Shown piece after piece: positions 53,736 to 63,784 of a stretch of DNA of 64,000 nucleotides. The DNA is taken from positions 2,819 through 66,818 of the forward strand of contig JAQVYA010000002.1 of assembly GCA_028708865.1 (NCBI GenBank), read 5' to 3'. Position 1 is the first letter of the stretch. Every line of letters begins with the position of its first letter. The DNA is from Desulfovibrio sp. (GTDB lineage Bacteria; Desulfobacterota; Desulfovibrionia; Desulfovibrionales; Desulfovibrionaceae). The notes below the pieces were generated by a model. That model had not been told where the DNA came from, ran no database searches, and worked only from the letters and a program-made list of their open reading frames with translations. The position numbers were made by a program, and so were the translations under genes.

Positions 53736-54350
53736 TCACTCGCTCTTATCAGAGGCTTCAGAGGACTCTCCTCTGGAAACCATAATGCTGTCGATCAACC
53801 CGTATTCCTTGGCTTCGACAGGTCCCATGAAATAGTCACGCTCGGTGTCCCGGGCGATTTTATCAAATTCCTGGCCGGTATGGCGGCTGAGGATCGAGTT
53901 CAAGTCCTCACGCAGACGCAAAATCTCACGAGCCTGGATATCGATGTCCGTGGCCTGCCCCTGGGCACCACCCAACGGCTGGTGAATCAAAATACGGCTG
54001 TGGGGCAATGCATACCGCATCCCGGCTTCACCGGCGCAAAGCAGCAGCGCCCCCATACTCGCGGCCTGTCCCATGCAGAGCGTAGCCACCGGAGCGGAAA
54101 TGTACTGCATAGTATCATAAATGGCCAACCCTGCCGTAACCGAACCGCCCGGCGAGTTGATGTACATATAAATTTCTTTTTCCGGATTTTCGGACTCAAG
54201 AAAAAGCAGCTGGGCGCAAATGAGGCTGGCCACATGATCATCCACGGCACTGCCGAGGAGCACGATGCGGTCTTTCAGCAGACGGGAATAAATATCATAG
54301 GCGCGCTCGGTGCGGCCGGTGGTCTCAATGACAATAGGTACGCTGGGCAT
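53736..54350 (-). CDS. clpP: ClpP protease
   Basis: [26 protein letters not shown]. Confidence 0.98.
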   Translation of the reverse strand: MPSVPIVIETTGRTERAYDIYSRLLKDRIVLLGSAVDDHVASLICAQLLFLESENPEKEIYMYINSPGGSVTAGLAIYDTMQYISAPVATLCMGQAASMGALLLCAGEAGMRYALPHSRILIHQPLGGAQGQATDIDIQAREILRLREDLNSILSRHTGQEFDKIARDTERDYFMGPVEAKEYGLIDSIMVSRGESSEASDKSE

Positions 54351-54488
54351 AGCCTCTCCTTGCGTTATGAAGACGTATCGGCGGCTGGGCGCTGAAACAT
54401 TACCCGCCGCCCGCCCCCGGGGCGGACGGCGGGCGCAACGCTCACTTGGATATGATGGGGCATTTTGCCCCGGGAAGCAAGCGCCTCG

Positions 54489-56027
54489 TTATTCTTTATC
54501 TTCGGCGGCCTTTTTCGGGGCAGCCTTTTTAGCAGCGGGCTTCTTGGCAGGAGCCTTTTTGGCGGCGGGCTTCTTTTCCGCAGCTTCAGCGTCCTCTTTA
54601 TTGTTCGGTTTCTTGGCCGTGCTCTTTTTTGCAGCAGGCTTCTTGGCAGCCGGTTTTTTCTTTTCTTCCCCGGCGGTCTCGTCCTTTTTCGCGGCGGCCT
54701 TTTTCTTCGACGCGGACTTTTGCTCTTCCGCCGCATCGTCAGCAACCGCTTCGATCACCTTGGCATTGTCATAAATAAAATCCGTGGCCTTGTCCGCCAG
54801 CAGGCGGTCCCGCAGCGGAACGATCAGCCCCTGCTCTTCGTAATACTGCTTGAGGTTGTGGAAAGGCTGCTGGGTCTGCATGGCCATTTGGCTGATGGCG
54901 ATGTCGAGTTCCTGCGGAGTAACCTCCAAGGCCTCCTTACGGGCCACGGCCAGCAGAAAAATCTCAACGCGCACGCTCTCCTCAGCCTGGGAGCGGTACT
55001 CCTCGCGCAATTCCTCACGGCTTTTGCCAGTGGAGCTCAGGCTCTTGCCCTGCCGGTCCAGGCGATGCTCCAGGTCGGCTACCAGCCGGTCAATGCGGTC
55101 ATTCACCATGCTCGGCGGCAATTCGAAGTTCATACCTTCCAGCATGTTGTCCAGCAGTTCTTTCTGGGCCTTGCTCTTAACGAACTGCTCACGCTGATTC
55201 TTGTAGGACTCACGAATGGCGGTACGCATGGTTTCCAGATTCTCAAATCCGGCTTTTTTGGCCACATCGTCATTCATTTCAGGAACGATGCGCTCCTTGA
55301 CCGCGTGAACAGTGGCCTTCATGGTCAGGGTGCGTCCGGCGATATTGGTATTGATGAAGTCTTCGGGGAAGGTGATGTCCTTCTGCCCCATCTCGCCCGG
55401 CTTAAGACTCTTGATCAATTCCTCGAACTCTTCCAGTGCCTGCCCCTGGCCCAGGGTCAGATCAAAGCTCTCGGCCTTGATTCCATCCACGACCTTGCCG
55501 TCGACGTCATAGGCACCGAAGCTGACAGTGACCACTTCGCCGTCCTCGGCACCACGCACATCCTCAACGACCTTAATCTCGGCCGCATTATCCAGAATGC
55601 GCTTTTCAACTTCTGCCAGCTCGGCCTCATCAACCTCAACAGCCTCTTTTTGGACTTCGAAAGAGGAGTAGTCCGGAATCTCAATTTCCGGGGCAGTTTC
55701 AAAAGAAATTTTGTAGCTGAAGTCCTCATCCCGGACAAACTGCTCTGCATCCACGTCAATGCGGGAAACAGGTTGAGTGCCCAGTTCCGCCATGATCTCA
55801 TTGATGTGGTAGTTGATCAGATCCGTGGTGGCCTCACCATAAATCTGTGCACGAAATTTGCCCTCAATAACCGACGCCGGGGCCTTCCCCTTACGAAAGC
55901 CACGAACCTCATGATTACGTTTGTACAGGGCAATGGCGGCGCCCAACGCGGCGTTCACCTCTTCGGCAGGGACCTTGATCTCAATCTCCCGCTCAACCGG
56001 GGACAACTCTTTGACTTCGTATTCCAT
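54489..56027 (-). CDS. tig: trigger factor with a Lys/Ala/Pro-rich C-terminal tail
   Basis: GFRKGKAP signature; position upstream of clpP-clpX-lon. Confidence 0.95.
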   Translation of the reverse strand: MEYEVKELSPVEREIEIKVPAEEVNAALGAAIALYKRNHEVRGFRKGKAPASVIEGKFRAQIYGEATTDLINYHINEIMAELGTQPVSRIDVDAEQFVRDEDFSYKISFETAPEIEIPDYSSFEVQKEAVEVDEAELAEVEKRILDNAAEIKVVEDVRGAEDGEVVTVSFGAYDVDGKVVDGIKAESFDLTLGQGQALEEFEELIKSLKPGEMGQKDITFPEDFINTNIAGRTLTMKATVHAVKERIVPEMNDDVAKKAGFENLETMRTAIRESYKNQREQFVKSKAQKELLDNMLEGMNFELPPSMVNDRIDRLVADLEHRLDRQGKSLSSTGKSREELREEYRSQAEESVRVEIFLLAVARKEALEVTPQELDIAISQMAMQTQQPFHNLKQYYEEQGLIVPLRDRLLADKATDFIYDNAKVIEAVADDAAEEQKSASKKKAAAKKDETAGEEKKKPAAKKPAAKKSTAKKPNNKEDAEAAEKKPAAKKAPAKKPAAKKAAPKKAAEDKE

Positions 56028-56076
56028 GATTCCACAATCCTCCTCGAATCATGCCGTTGGCGTCGCTTGAAATATC

Positions 56077-56160
56077 TGGTGCGAGAGGGGAGACTCGAAC
56101 TCCCACGGCCATGCCGCTGGATCCTAAATCCAGTGCGTCTACCAATTCCGCCACTCTCGC
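56077..56160 (-). tRNA. tRNA-Leu(TAG)
   Basis: GCGAGAGTGGCGGAATTGGTAGACGCA-CTGGA-TTTAGGA-TCCAG...GTTCGAGTC...CTCTCGCACCA; long variable arm, encoded CCA. Confidence 0.96.
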
Positions 56161-56244
56161 AAAAGGGACGCTTATAGAGCACCCCACCAGGGCGCTGTCA
56201 ACACCAATAACCACTCCCGCGCCAGAGACAAGCCCTGGGGCAGG

Positions 56245-57609
56245 TTATTTCATACCTTCCAATATTCTTGCCACGGCAGCAACCAATTCGGAAGCGTTCG
56301 CGGCCCACACGTGTACGCCTCCTTCCACACCATGGGCCCCATCGTCAACCAAAGCAGCCACGCTATCCGGATGCGAATGGCTGGAAAGGGCATGATATGC
56401 CCCCCACTCCAATGCGGCATCACAATTGCGCACAGGCGCTGACGGCGCCTCCGTACGATCAAATCCCGCGGCCGTGACCCGCGCCTTGGCCAGGGCGGTT
56501 AGAACATCTTCCCCCTGCCGCAGATTCACGCAGCAACGCAGGTCTTCACGCACCTTGCGGGCCGCGAGAAGTACTGCGGACTCGTCTCCTTCAACACCAA
56601 ACACGGCACATCCAGAGTGGGCGACACGCCCGGAAAAGGCTCGGCAAAGGGGGACATCCAGGCTGGCCACTTCATCAAAACCACGGGCATACGGCATAGA
56701 CAACGCCACGTTCATCCCGTTCCGGGGCACAAGACGCTCCAAATCCGGCAGGATAGCCAAAGCGTCCACGGCCTTTGCAAGCTCACGCAATACAGGCCAC
56801 CGTTCCCGCTCCTTCAGCAGCGGGGCCAAATGGTTGGGCGGTCCACTTCCATTGCCCACCTGAATTTCGTCACGCAGGCAAAGGTTCAGGTACCGTTGCG
56901 CCTCGCGAACAGCCTGGGACATTTCCAGTCCGTGCCCGAGGTGGGCGGCAATGGCTGCGGAAAGCGTGCAGCCCGTACCATGGTTGTTGTTGGTCTCGAC
57001 CCGGCGCTGCATAAAGGGCAGCGGCTTTTGCCCGGGGCGGGCGTACCAGTCGGTGGAAGCCACGGAATCCATGCCATGTCCGCCCTTGATGAGTACAGCC
57101 TTGGGGCCTTGGTCCAGCAGCCGACGAGCGGCCTCGGCAAAATCGGCAGGGCTTTGAATTCGCATGCCTGTGAACAGCTCGGCTTCAGGAATGTTAGGGG
57201 TAAGCAACGCGGCATGCGGGAAAATATATTCGCGCATGGCGTCCACAGCCTCATCCTGAAGTAATTTGTGTCCGCTCTGGCTCACACAGACGGGATCCAC
57301 GACAACAGGGAAGGAGGCCTCCCGCAAAAGCGGGGAGACGGCCTTCATGATGTCTCCGGAAAAAAGCATGCCGGTCTTGGCGGCCACCACATCAATATCC
57401 GTCAACACGGCCCGGAGCTGCTGAGCAACAAACTCCGCGGGGGGGGCGTGAATCCCCTCCACTCCACGTGTATTTTGCGCAGTCAGCGCTGTAATTACGG
57501 ACAGTCCATAACCGCCAAGCGCGGTAATTGTTTTGATATCCGCCTGGATACCGGCCCCACCACCGGAATCCGACCCGGCAATGGTTAAAACGCAGGGAAG
57601 CTTTTTCAT
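56245..57609 (-). CDS. thiD: HMP/HMP-P kinase ThiD fused to a ThiN-like domain
   Basis: IAGSDSGGGAGIQAD, KTGML, TPN.PEA, KGGH, HGTGCTLS; extra ~185 aa with FDR..P...EWG. Confidence 0.92.
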   Translation of the reverse strand: MKKLPCVLTIAGSDSGGGAGIQADIKTITALGGYGLSVITALTAQNTRGVEGIHAPPAEFVAQQLRAVLTDIDVVAAKTGMLFSGDIMKAVSPLLREASFPVVVDPVCVSQSGHKLLQDEAVDAMREYIFPHAALLTPNIPEAELFTGMRIQSPADFAEAARRLLDQGPKAVLIKGGHGMDSVASTDWYARPGQKPLPFMQRRVETNNNHGTGCTLSAAIAAHLGHGLEMSQAVREAQRYLNLCLRDEIQVGNGSGPPNHLAPLLKERERWPVLRELAKAVDALAILPDLERLVPRNGMNVALSMPYARGFDEVASLDVPLCRAFSGRVAHSGCAVFGVEGDESAVLLAARKVREDLRCCVNLRQGEDVLTALAKARVTAAGFDRTEAPSAPVRNCDAALEWGAYHALSSHSHPDSVAALVDDGAHGVEGGVHVWAANASELVAAVARILEGMK

Positions 57610-57719
57610 GAAAACCTCAATTACGTCATTAAAAAAAACGCAACGGCCCATTCGGATACCGCCGCGCCGCAAGGTGCATAGCAGGAAAAATCGCCGGGGG
57701 AAAGTCGGTTTGATCGGCC

Positions 57720-58148
57720 TCAGCCGCAGGAGAGTTTGACGTAATCGTCGAGGGAAACCCCGTTCCAGGATTTACTGGTCCAATAGGAGGTGGCCCAGAT
57801 CATCAAGGCAGTGGCTTGCAGGTCATTGAGACGCCGAAGCTTGACTTCCAGATTGCTCTTACTGGCACCGTGTTGAATGTGCGCCCCCCGCTCGTCGCAT
57901 GCCTCTTCCACGCGCAATTGCAGGTACGCCTGCTTGGACTGGTTCGGCAGCAGCTTGACTTCGCGGTGCGCCTCAAGAACGGTCTTAAGTTCGGATACGG
58001 AAAATTCGTTGGAGACGTTGCGAATGCAACGAAAAAAAACATCCACGGCCCAGGGCAAAATAAACTCGGCTCCAGCGCTCTTCGTTTTGAAGAACTCCTT
58101 AAGCCACTTCTCCTGGTCGTGGGTAATCCGTGCAGCGACCTGCGGCAT
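57720..58148 (-). CDS. hypothetical protein, possible N-terminal ribbon-helix-helix
   Basis: GGAGG RBS; MPQVAARITHDQEKWLKEFFKTKSAGAEFIL. Confidence 0.72.
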   Translation of the reverse strand: MPQVAARITHDQEKWLKEFFKTKSAGAEFILPWAVDVFFRCIRNVSNEFSVSELKTVLEAHREVKLLPNQSKQAYLQLRVEEACDERGAHIQHGASKSNLEVKLRRLNDLQATALMIWATSYWTSKSWNGVSLDDYVKLSCG

Positions 58149-58278
58149 ACGCCTCCCCTCCGCCTCGTATGTCATATTACGACCCAATAACCTGAAATAC
58201 GTATCCGTATCAAGACTTTTTCTAGTTTATTTGTGGGCAAAGTCCGGAAGCTTTCCACTAAATGCAAAAAGAGTAACA

Positions 58279-59199
58279 TTACCGGGACCAGGCATCGAAT
58301 CCGTCCTTGACCTTTTTAAACAAGGTAAGAAGCAAGGAATCGGGTACATCATTTCCATTAATGTTTAACCGCACGATCTCCGTCACGGTGTTCCGGTTGG
58401 GTGTCACGGTCTTGCGGGTCACGAGGACCACATGCTGCTCCCGGCCATCCTCCCCGTCCCGGGACGTCACCAGCAAAACCCACTGGTCATCGCGCAGCTC
58501 CCAGGCCATGTCCAGCTTCCGCCCGGCAGCGACATTGCGCTCAACCATAAATACGAAATCCCGCAGGGCAAAATGTTTCTGCACCTTGCCCAGAACACCA
58601 AGATACTCGCCCTGACGCGTTCTAATGACCAGCGGCCGAGCAAGATAGTCCTCGGAAGGAAATTGGGGAGCGCCATTGCCCCCGGCGCGAAGCAGCCTCT
58701 CCAGATCCTCCTTGGCACGCCGCAGGGAAGACATTTCCTGTTCCATATCCTCCAGCGCCCGGCGATACCTCCGTTCGCTCTCCTCCCGATCCCGCTTGAT
58801 TTCTGCCAACTCATCCCGCAGGGAACGGATCTCACCGCGAAACAACGATTGGTTTTCCAGCAGATCGGTCATCTTCTCCAACACGCCGCTCATGTCGCGA
58901 ACCATGGAGTCGGCCTGCCCCAAAGGAGCCTGGGCACGCTCCTCCGCCACATCCGGACCGGGAACGGACTGATGCAGTGCCAGTTCCTGTTCGATCTGTT
59001 CCGTGGACCAATTGTTGTTGAACATCTCTCGAATCCTCCTGAAGATATCGATTACTTCCACAGGATATCGTTTTCTCCGGCCCTCCCCTCCTTGCGAAGG
59101 AATGAAGTCGGAAAAACGATCCTTATAATACACGACGGTGGAGGGTGGGATGTTGAGCTGCCGCGCCACCTCGCGCAAACTGATGAATTTTTTGGTCAT
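58279..59199 (-). CDS. MerR-like HTH protein with coiled coil
   Basis: SLREVARQLNIPPSTVVYY...F..FIP....GR..RY. Confidence 0.85.
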   Translation of the reverse strand: MTKKFISLREVARQLNIPPSTVVYYKDRFSDFIPSQGGEGRRKRYPVEVIDIFRRIREMFNNNWSTEQIEQELALHQSVPGPDVAEERAQAPLGQADSMVRDMSGVLEKMTDLLENQSLFRGEIRSLRDELAEIKRDREESERRYRRALEDMEQEMSSLRRAKEDLERLLRAGGNGAPQFPSEDYLARPLVIRTRQGEYLGVLGKVQKHFALRDFVFMVERNVAAGRKLDMAWELRDDQWVLLVTSRDGEDGREQHVVLVTRKTVTPNRNTVTEIVRLNINGNDVPDSLLLTLFKKVKDGFDAWSR

Positions 59200-59548
59200 C
59201 CGGTGTTTATATACTGTTCATTGTTGTTCAACTTGTTGATCAATACAAAGAAAAGCGAGACAGGTCAAGGGGTAAACGCTTGTTTATGCTTCGTTGTTGT
59301 TCATCACTGTCCACAACAAAACGCCCAGCATCGACGCAAAACAGTCGACGCGCTCTTCAAGTCAACGAAAAACACACTGGAACGGATGCCGGGCATCTCC
59401 CCTTTCTTTGGCGGACCGGGCTGAGCAAAGGGTCACAGATGATGCCATTCCGCGGTTTCCGGCAATTCCCCTTTGACATGGGGCCATTCCGGCGGCTAGG
59501 TATATCAATTCATCATCGTTCCCCCTGAACCGAGAAAAGGAGCAGGAC

Positions 59549-60760
59549 ATGCAAGAATTTGCTCGGGTGCACCGCCTCCCACCATATGTGTTTGCCACGG
59601 TCAACGAACTGAAACACCAAATGCGCCAAAACGGCGTGGACATCGTGGACCTCGGCATGGGCAACCCAGACGTTCCCACACCCCAACCCATTTTGGACAA
59701 GCTCACCGAGGCGGCCTACAAGCCCGGCAACTCCCGATACAGCGCCTCCAAAGGCATCAAGGGACTGCGCAAGGCCATTACGGGGTGGTACAAACGGCGC
59801 TTTGACGTGGAACTGGACATGGACATGGAAACCTGTGTGACCATGGGAGCTAAGGAAGGCCTCGCCCACTTGGCCCTGGCCATGCTCAGTCCGGGAGACG
59901 TGGTCCTGGCTCCGGATCCGGCCTACCCTATCCACCCCTACGCCTCCATCATTGCCGGTGCCGACGTCCGGCGGGTGCCCATTGGTCCGGACCGGGACTT
60001 TTTCGAGGACCTGGAAACCGCCATCCGCCATACCTGGCCCAAGCCCAAGCTGCTGATCATCAACTACCCGCACAACCCCACAACGGTTTGCGCCGATATT
60101 CCCTTCTTCGAACGCATCGTAGACTTCGCCAAAGAGCACGGCCTGTTCGTCATCCACGACCTAGCCTATGCGGACTTCACCTTTGACGGCTACAAAGCTC
60201 CCAGTTTCCTGCAAGCGCGGGGAGCCATGGACGTGGGCGTAGAATTCTTCTCCATGACCAAAAGCTACTCCATGGCCGGCATGCGGGTTGGCTTCTGCTG
60301 CGGGAACAAAAACATGGTCCAGGCCCTGACCCGCATCAAAAGCTACCTGGACTACGGCATTTACAACCCCATCCAGATCGCGGCCACCTGCGCCCTGGCG
60401 GGCGACCTGGGAGACGATCCCCAGTTCAGCGTGGAAGATATGGACAAGGCTGTTCGTGACATCATGGCTATCTATCAGGACCGGCGCGACGCACTGTGCG
60501 ACGGACTGAACCGCAGCGGCTGGAGCGTCACCCCGCCCAAGGCCACCATGTTCCTTTGGGCGGAAATCCCGGATGAGTTCAAAAAACTTGGTTCCGTGGA
60601 ATTTTCCAAGCTCCTGATCCGAGAGGCCGAAGTGGCCGTATCTCCAGGACTAGGCTTTGGTGCTTACGGCGACGACCATGTACGTTTCGCCTTTGTGGAA
60701 AACCGCCACCGCACCAATCAGGCCTGCCGAAACCTGAAACGCTTTTTCGCCAAAGGATAA
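59549..60760 (+). CDS. class I/II PLP aminotransferase (AlaC-like)
   Basis: [39 protein letters not shown]. Confidence 0.92.
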   Translation: MQEFARVHRLPPYVFATVNELKHQMRQNGVDIVDLGMGNPDVPTPQPILDKLTEAAYKPGNSRYSASKGIKGLRKAITGWYKRRFDVELDMDMETCVTMGAKEGLAHLALAMLSPGDVVLAPDPAYPIHPYASIIAGADVRRVPIGPDRDFFEDLETAIRHTWPKPKLLIINYPHNPTTVCADIPFFERIVDFAKEHGLFVIHDLAYADFTFDGYKAPSFLQARGAMDVGVEFFSMTKSYSMAGMRVGFCCGNKNMVQALTRIKSYLDYGIYNPIQIAATCALAGDLGDDPQFSVEDMDKAVRDIMAIYQDRRDALCDGLNRSGWSVTPPKATMFLWAEIPDEFKKLGSVEFSKLLIREAEVAVSPGLGFGAYGDDHVRFAFVENRHRTNQACRNLKRFFAKG

Positions 60761-60762
60761 AC

Positions 60763-62049
60763 ATGGACAAGGTGTACATCGGCCTCGCCGGATTTGGTAC
60801 TGTGGGTTCCGGGCTGGCCCGGATTCTGGAAAGCAACGGGGACTGGATCGAACGTCGTCTTGGTCGGCGCATCGTGATCAAAAAGGTGCTCGTGCGCGAC
60901 CTGAACAAGGCCCGTGCCGCCTCTCCCGGACCAGAAGCGTCCTTTACCACGGACCCTGACGAACTCACCGGCGATCCCGACGTCTCCATCGTAGTGGAAC
61001 TCATGGGCGGTGTGGAGGCTCCACACCGCCTGATCACGGCGGCTTTGAACGCGGGCAAACATGTAGTTACCGCGAATAAGCATCTCCTGGCCGAACGCGG
61101 GCCGGAACTGTTCTCGCTGGCTGCGAAAAACGGTCTGGGTCTCTTTTACGAAGCCAGCGTGGCCGGAGGGATTCCAACGATATCCACCTTCCGCGAGGCC
61201 CTTGCCGGAGACAAAATCTCCGAGGTGGTGGGCATCCTCAACGGCACGGCCAACTACATCCTTTCGGAAATGACCGTAAACGGCCTGGAATTCAATACAG
61301 CCCTGAGCCAGGCTCAGGACCTGGGCTATGCCGAGGCCGACCCCACCCTGGACATTGAAGGGCATGACACGGCCCACAAGCTGGTGGTACTGATCCGGCT
61401 GGCCTTTGGCGTGGATTATCCGCTGGCCGACCTGCCCATCCGGGGTATCACCGGCGTGACGCCTCAGGACATCACTTATGCCCGGGAATTCGGCTACCGC
61501 ATCAAGCTTATCGCCGAAGCGCGCGAAATGGACGGCCGCATCGAGGCCGGAGTTTTTCCGGCCCTGGTGCGCTACACCTACCTGCTGGCCCGGGTGGGGG
61601 GAAACTACAACGCCATCCGGCTCACGGGCAATGCCGTAGGGCCGGTCATGCTGCACGGTCAGGGCGCGGGCGATCTGCCCACTGGATCGGCCGTGCTTGC
61701 GGACATCATGGCTCTGGCACGCAGCCATCAAGCACCGGATAATACGGGCTTCCGCAACGCGACCATGTCCAAGGCAGAAATCCTGCCGCCGGATCAGGCC
61801 GTATGCATGCATTACCTGCGGGCCACGGTGGAAGACCGCACCGGAGTCATGGCCAACATTGCCCAGGCCATGGCCGACAACGGCGTCTCCATTGCCCAGG
61901 CTGTGCAAAAAGGCGACAGCGAAAACGGCTCGGTTTCCGTGGTCTTCATCACCCATGACGCCAGTGCCGACGCCATGCGCCGCGTCATCGCAGCCATTGA
62001 TTCCATGGACTTCACGGTCAAGTCCACCGTGCACTACCGCATTATGTAA
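60763..62049 (+). CDS. hom: homoserine dehydrogenase with C-terminal ACT domain
   Basis: GFGTVG, VVTANK, YEASVAGGIP, NGTANYIL, GYAEADP..D. Confidence 0.97.
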   Translation: MDKVYIGLAGFGTVGSGLARILESNGDWIERRLGRRIVIKKVLVRDLNKARAASPGPEASFTTDPDELTGDPDVSIVVELMGGVEAPHRLITAALNAGKHVVTANKHLLAERGPELFSLAAKNGLGLFYEASVAGGIPTISTFREALAGDKISEVVGILNGTANYILSEMTVNGLEFNTALSQAQDLGYAEADPTLDIEGHDTAHKLVVLIRLAFGVDYPLADLPIRGITGVTPQDITYAREFGYRIKLIAEAREMDGRIEAGVFPALVRYTYLLARVGGNYNAIRLTGNAVGPVMLHGQGAGDLPTGSAVLADIMALARSHQAPDNTGFRNATMSKAEILPPDQAVCMHYLRATVEDRTGVMANIAQAMADNGVSIAQAVQKGDSENGSVSVVFITHDASADAMRRVIAAIDSMDFTVKSTVHYRIM

Positions 62050-62078
62050 CCCGAGCAGCCGAGGAGCATGCTTCAATT

Positions 62079-63290
62079 ATGAGCCCCAGAGCAAGCAAGG
62101 TTTTATTTCTCATCGCCGACGGGTTCGGCGACTGGCCCCTGGAGGAACTGGGCGGACGCACCCCCATCGAGGCAGCGGAAACCCCGCACCTGGACGAACT
62201 GGCCCGCACCGGTATCCTGGGCCGCTGTCACACCATCCCTCAAGGCATGGCCCCGGGATCGGATACAGCCAACATGTCCCTGCTCGGATTTGATCCGGCG
62301 CGCTTCCACACCGGACGCGGCCCCATCGAAGCCGCAGCCCAGGGACTGCAATTCGACCCGGACGACCTGATCTGGCGCATGAACCTGGTGAATCTTACGG
62401 AATTGACCCCCCAGGGAATCATGCTGGACTATTCCTCCAGCCACATCACCACAGGCCAAGCCGCCCCGTTGATTGAAAAATTGCAGGCTACCCTTGGCAA
62501 TGATACGTACTCTTTTGTCAAAGGAGTGCAGTACCGTCATCTGCTGATTCAAAAAAACGGCGCGGTCACGGACGATGCCGGGCTTTTCGTCAACCCGCCC
62601 CACGATCTGACCAATAAGAGCATCGAGGAAGATGTGGCGGCATTTGCACAGCGCCCGGAACTCAACCGCATCGTGCACGAGGCCGCAAAAATCCTGGCTG
62701 GACCTGAAAACCCCACACAGGCGCGTTCCATCTGGCCTTGGGGGCAGGGACGGCCGTTGATCCTGCCTGATTTTCAAAAAACCTTTGGCCTCCGCGGCGC
62801 TGTCATCTCTGCCGTGGATCTAATCAAAGGACTGGGATTGGCTTCAGGAATGAAGGTGCTTGATGTGGACGGTGCCACCGGCCTGCTGGACACCAACTAC
62901 CAGGGCAAGGTGGACGCGGCTCTGCGCTACCTTGAACACGGCGACTTTGTATTCGTGCACGTAGAAGCGCCGGACGAATGTGGCCATTCTGGCATTGCCG
63001 CAGACAAAGTGGAAGCCATGCGCCGCTTTGACGCCCGCATCGTAGGACCGCTCCGTGCAGCCCTGGAAGGACAGGACGTGGCCTGGGTTGCGGCTTGCGA
63101 CCATTTCACCCCCATTGTGGAGCGCACTCACACCACTGATCCGGTCCCCTTCCTGCTGCATTATCCTGGCTGCCCCGAATCCGGGCAAGACTCCTTTAGC
63201 GAAGCCACGGCCGACGCTTCGGGACTTGTTCTGGACAACGGCCACGAGTTGCTGCCCTGGGCGCTGCGCCAATTGGAGATATCGACATGA
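62079..63290 (+). CDS. ApgM-like alkaline-phosphatase-superfamily protein (probable alternative homoserine kinase)
   Basis: ADG..D.P, PGSDTAN, GRGPIEA, WPWG, HVEAPDECGH, DH.TP; directly after hom. Confidence 0.85.
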   Translation: MSPRASKVLFLIADGFGDWPLEELGGRTPIEAAETPHLDELARTGILGRCHTIPQGMAPGSDTANMSLLGFDPARFHTGRGPIEAAAQGLQFDPDDLIWRMNLVNLTELTPQGIMLDYSSSHITTGQAAPLIEKLQATLGNDTYSFVKGVQYRHLLIQKNGAVTDDAGLFVNPPHDLTNKSIEEDVAAFAQRPELNRIVHEAAKILAGPENPTQARSIWPWGQGRPLILPDFQKTFGLRGAVISAVDLIKGLGLASGMKVLDVDGATGLLDTNYQGKVDAALRYLEHGDFVFVHVEAPDECGHSGIAADKVEAMRRFDARIVGPLRAALEGQDVAWVAACDHFTPIVERTHTTDPVPFLLHYPGCPESGQDSFSEATADASGLVLDNGHELLPWALRQLEIST

Positions 63291-63703
63291 CCCGCCCCCC
63301 CTTCCCCACTCCGGAAAGCTGGTACTCACACTTTGTCTCCTATGGTGAAACAGATGCCATGGGAGTCGTTTACTACGCGGAATATCTGCACCTCTTTGAA
63401 CGTGCCCGCAGCCTCTTCATCAGGGAACGGGGCATGAGTTACGCTGAAGTGGAACAACGCGGATTCTACCTGCCCATCCGGGAAGCCCGTTGTCGCTATC
63501 GCTCTCCCATCCGTTATGATCAACGCATTCTGGTACGCTGCGGAATTGAAAAATGGAGCCGCGCCTCCCTTAAGTTTATTTACGAACTGTACGATGAGCA
63601 CAAACAGGTGCTCCACGCCACGGGCATGACGGAGCACGCCTGCGTCACCCCGCAGGGGCGCCCGGTTCGTATACCGGAATGGCTCAAGGAACTGTTCAGT
63701 TGA
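63287..63703 (+). CDS. acyl-CoA thioesterase (YbgC/4HBT family)
   Basis: SYGETDAMGVVYY..Y...FE.AR. Confidence 0.9.
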   Translation: MTRPPFPTPESWYSHFVSYGETDAMGVVYYAEYLHLFERARSLFIRERGMSYAEVEQRGFYLPIREARCRYRSPIRYDQRILVRCGIEKWSRASLKFIYELYDEHKQVLHATGMTEHACVTPQGRPVRIPEWLKELFS

Positions 63704-63784
63704 CCACACACTGACTCACCCACGCACGGCGACCGGTTCAGCATCCCCAAAACCGGCCCCACCACCGACACAGCCGGGGGCAAC

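Noticed and set aside
56027-56245. tRNA-Leu as an integration site
   Set aside because: No integrase, no duplicated tRNA 3' end, no compositional shift; tRNA-Leu-tig is a standard arrangement.
57610-57720. TPP riboswitch upstream of thiD
   Set aside because: No CTGAGA / CTGATC...AATGC..GCG.AGG core on the minus strand.
57640-57730. Selenocysteine readthrough at SCG-TGA of the 57720 ORF
   Set aside because: No recognisable bacterial SECIS, and the downstream frame is short and unremarkable.
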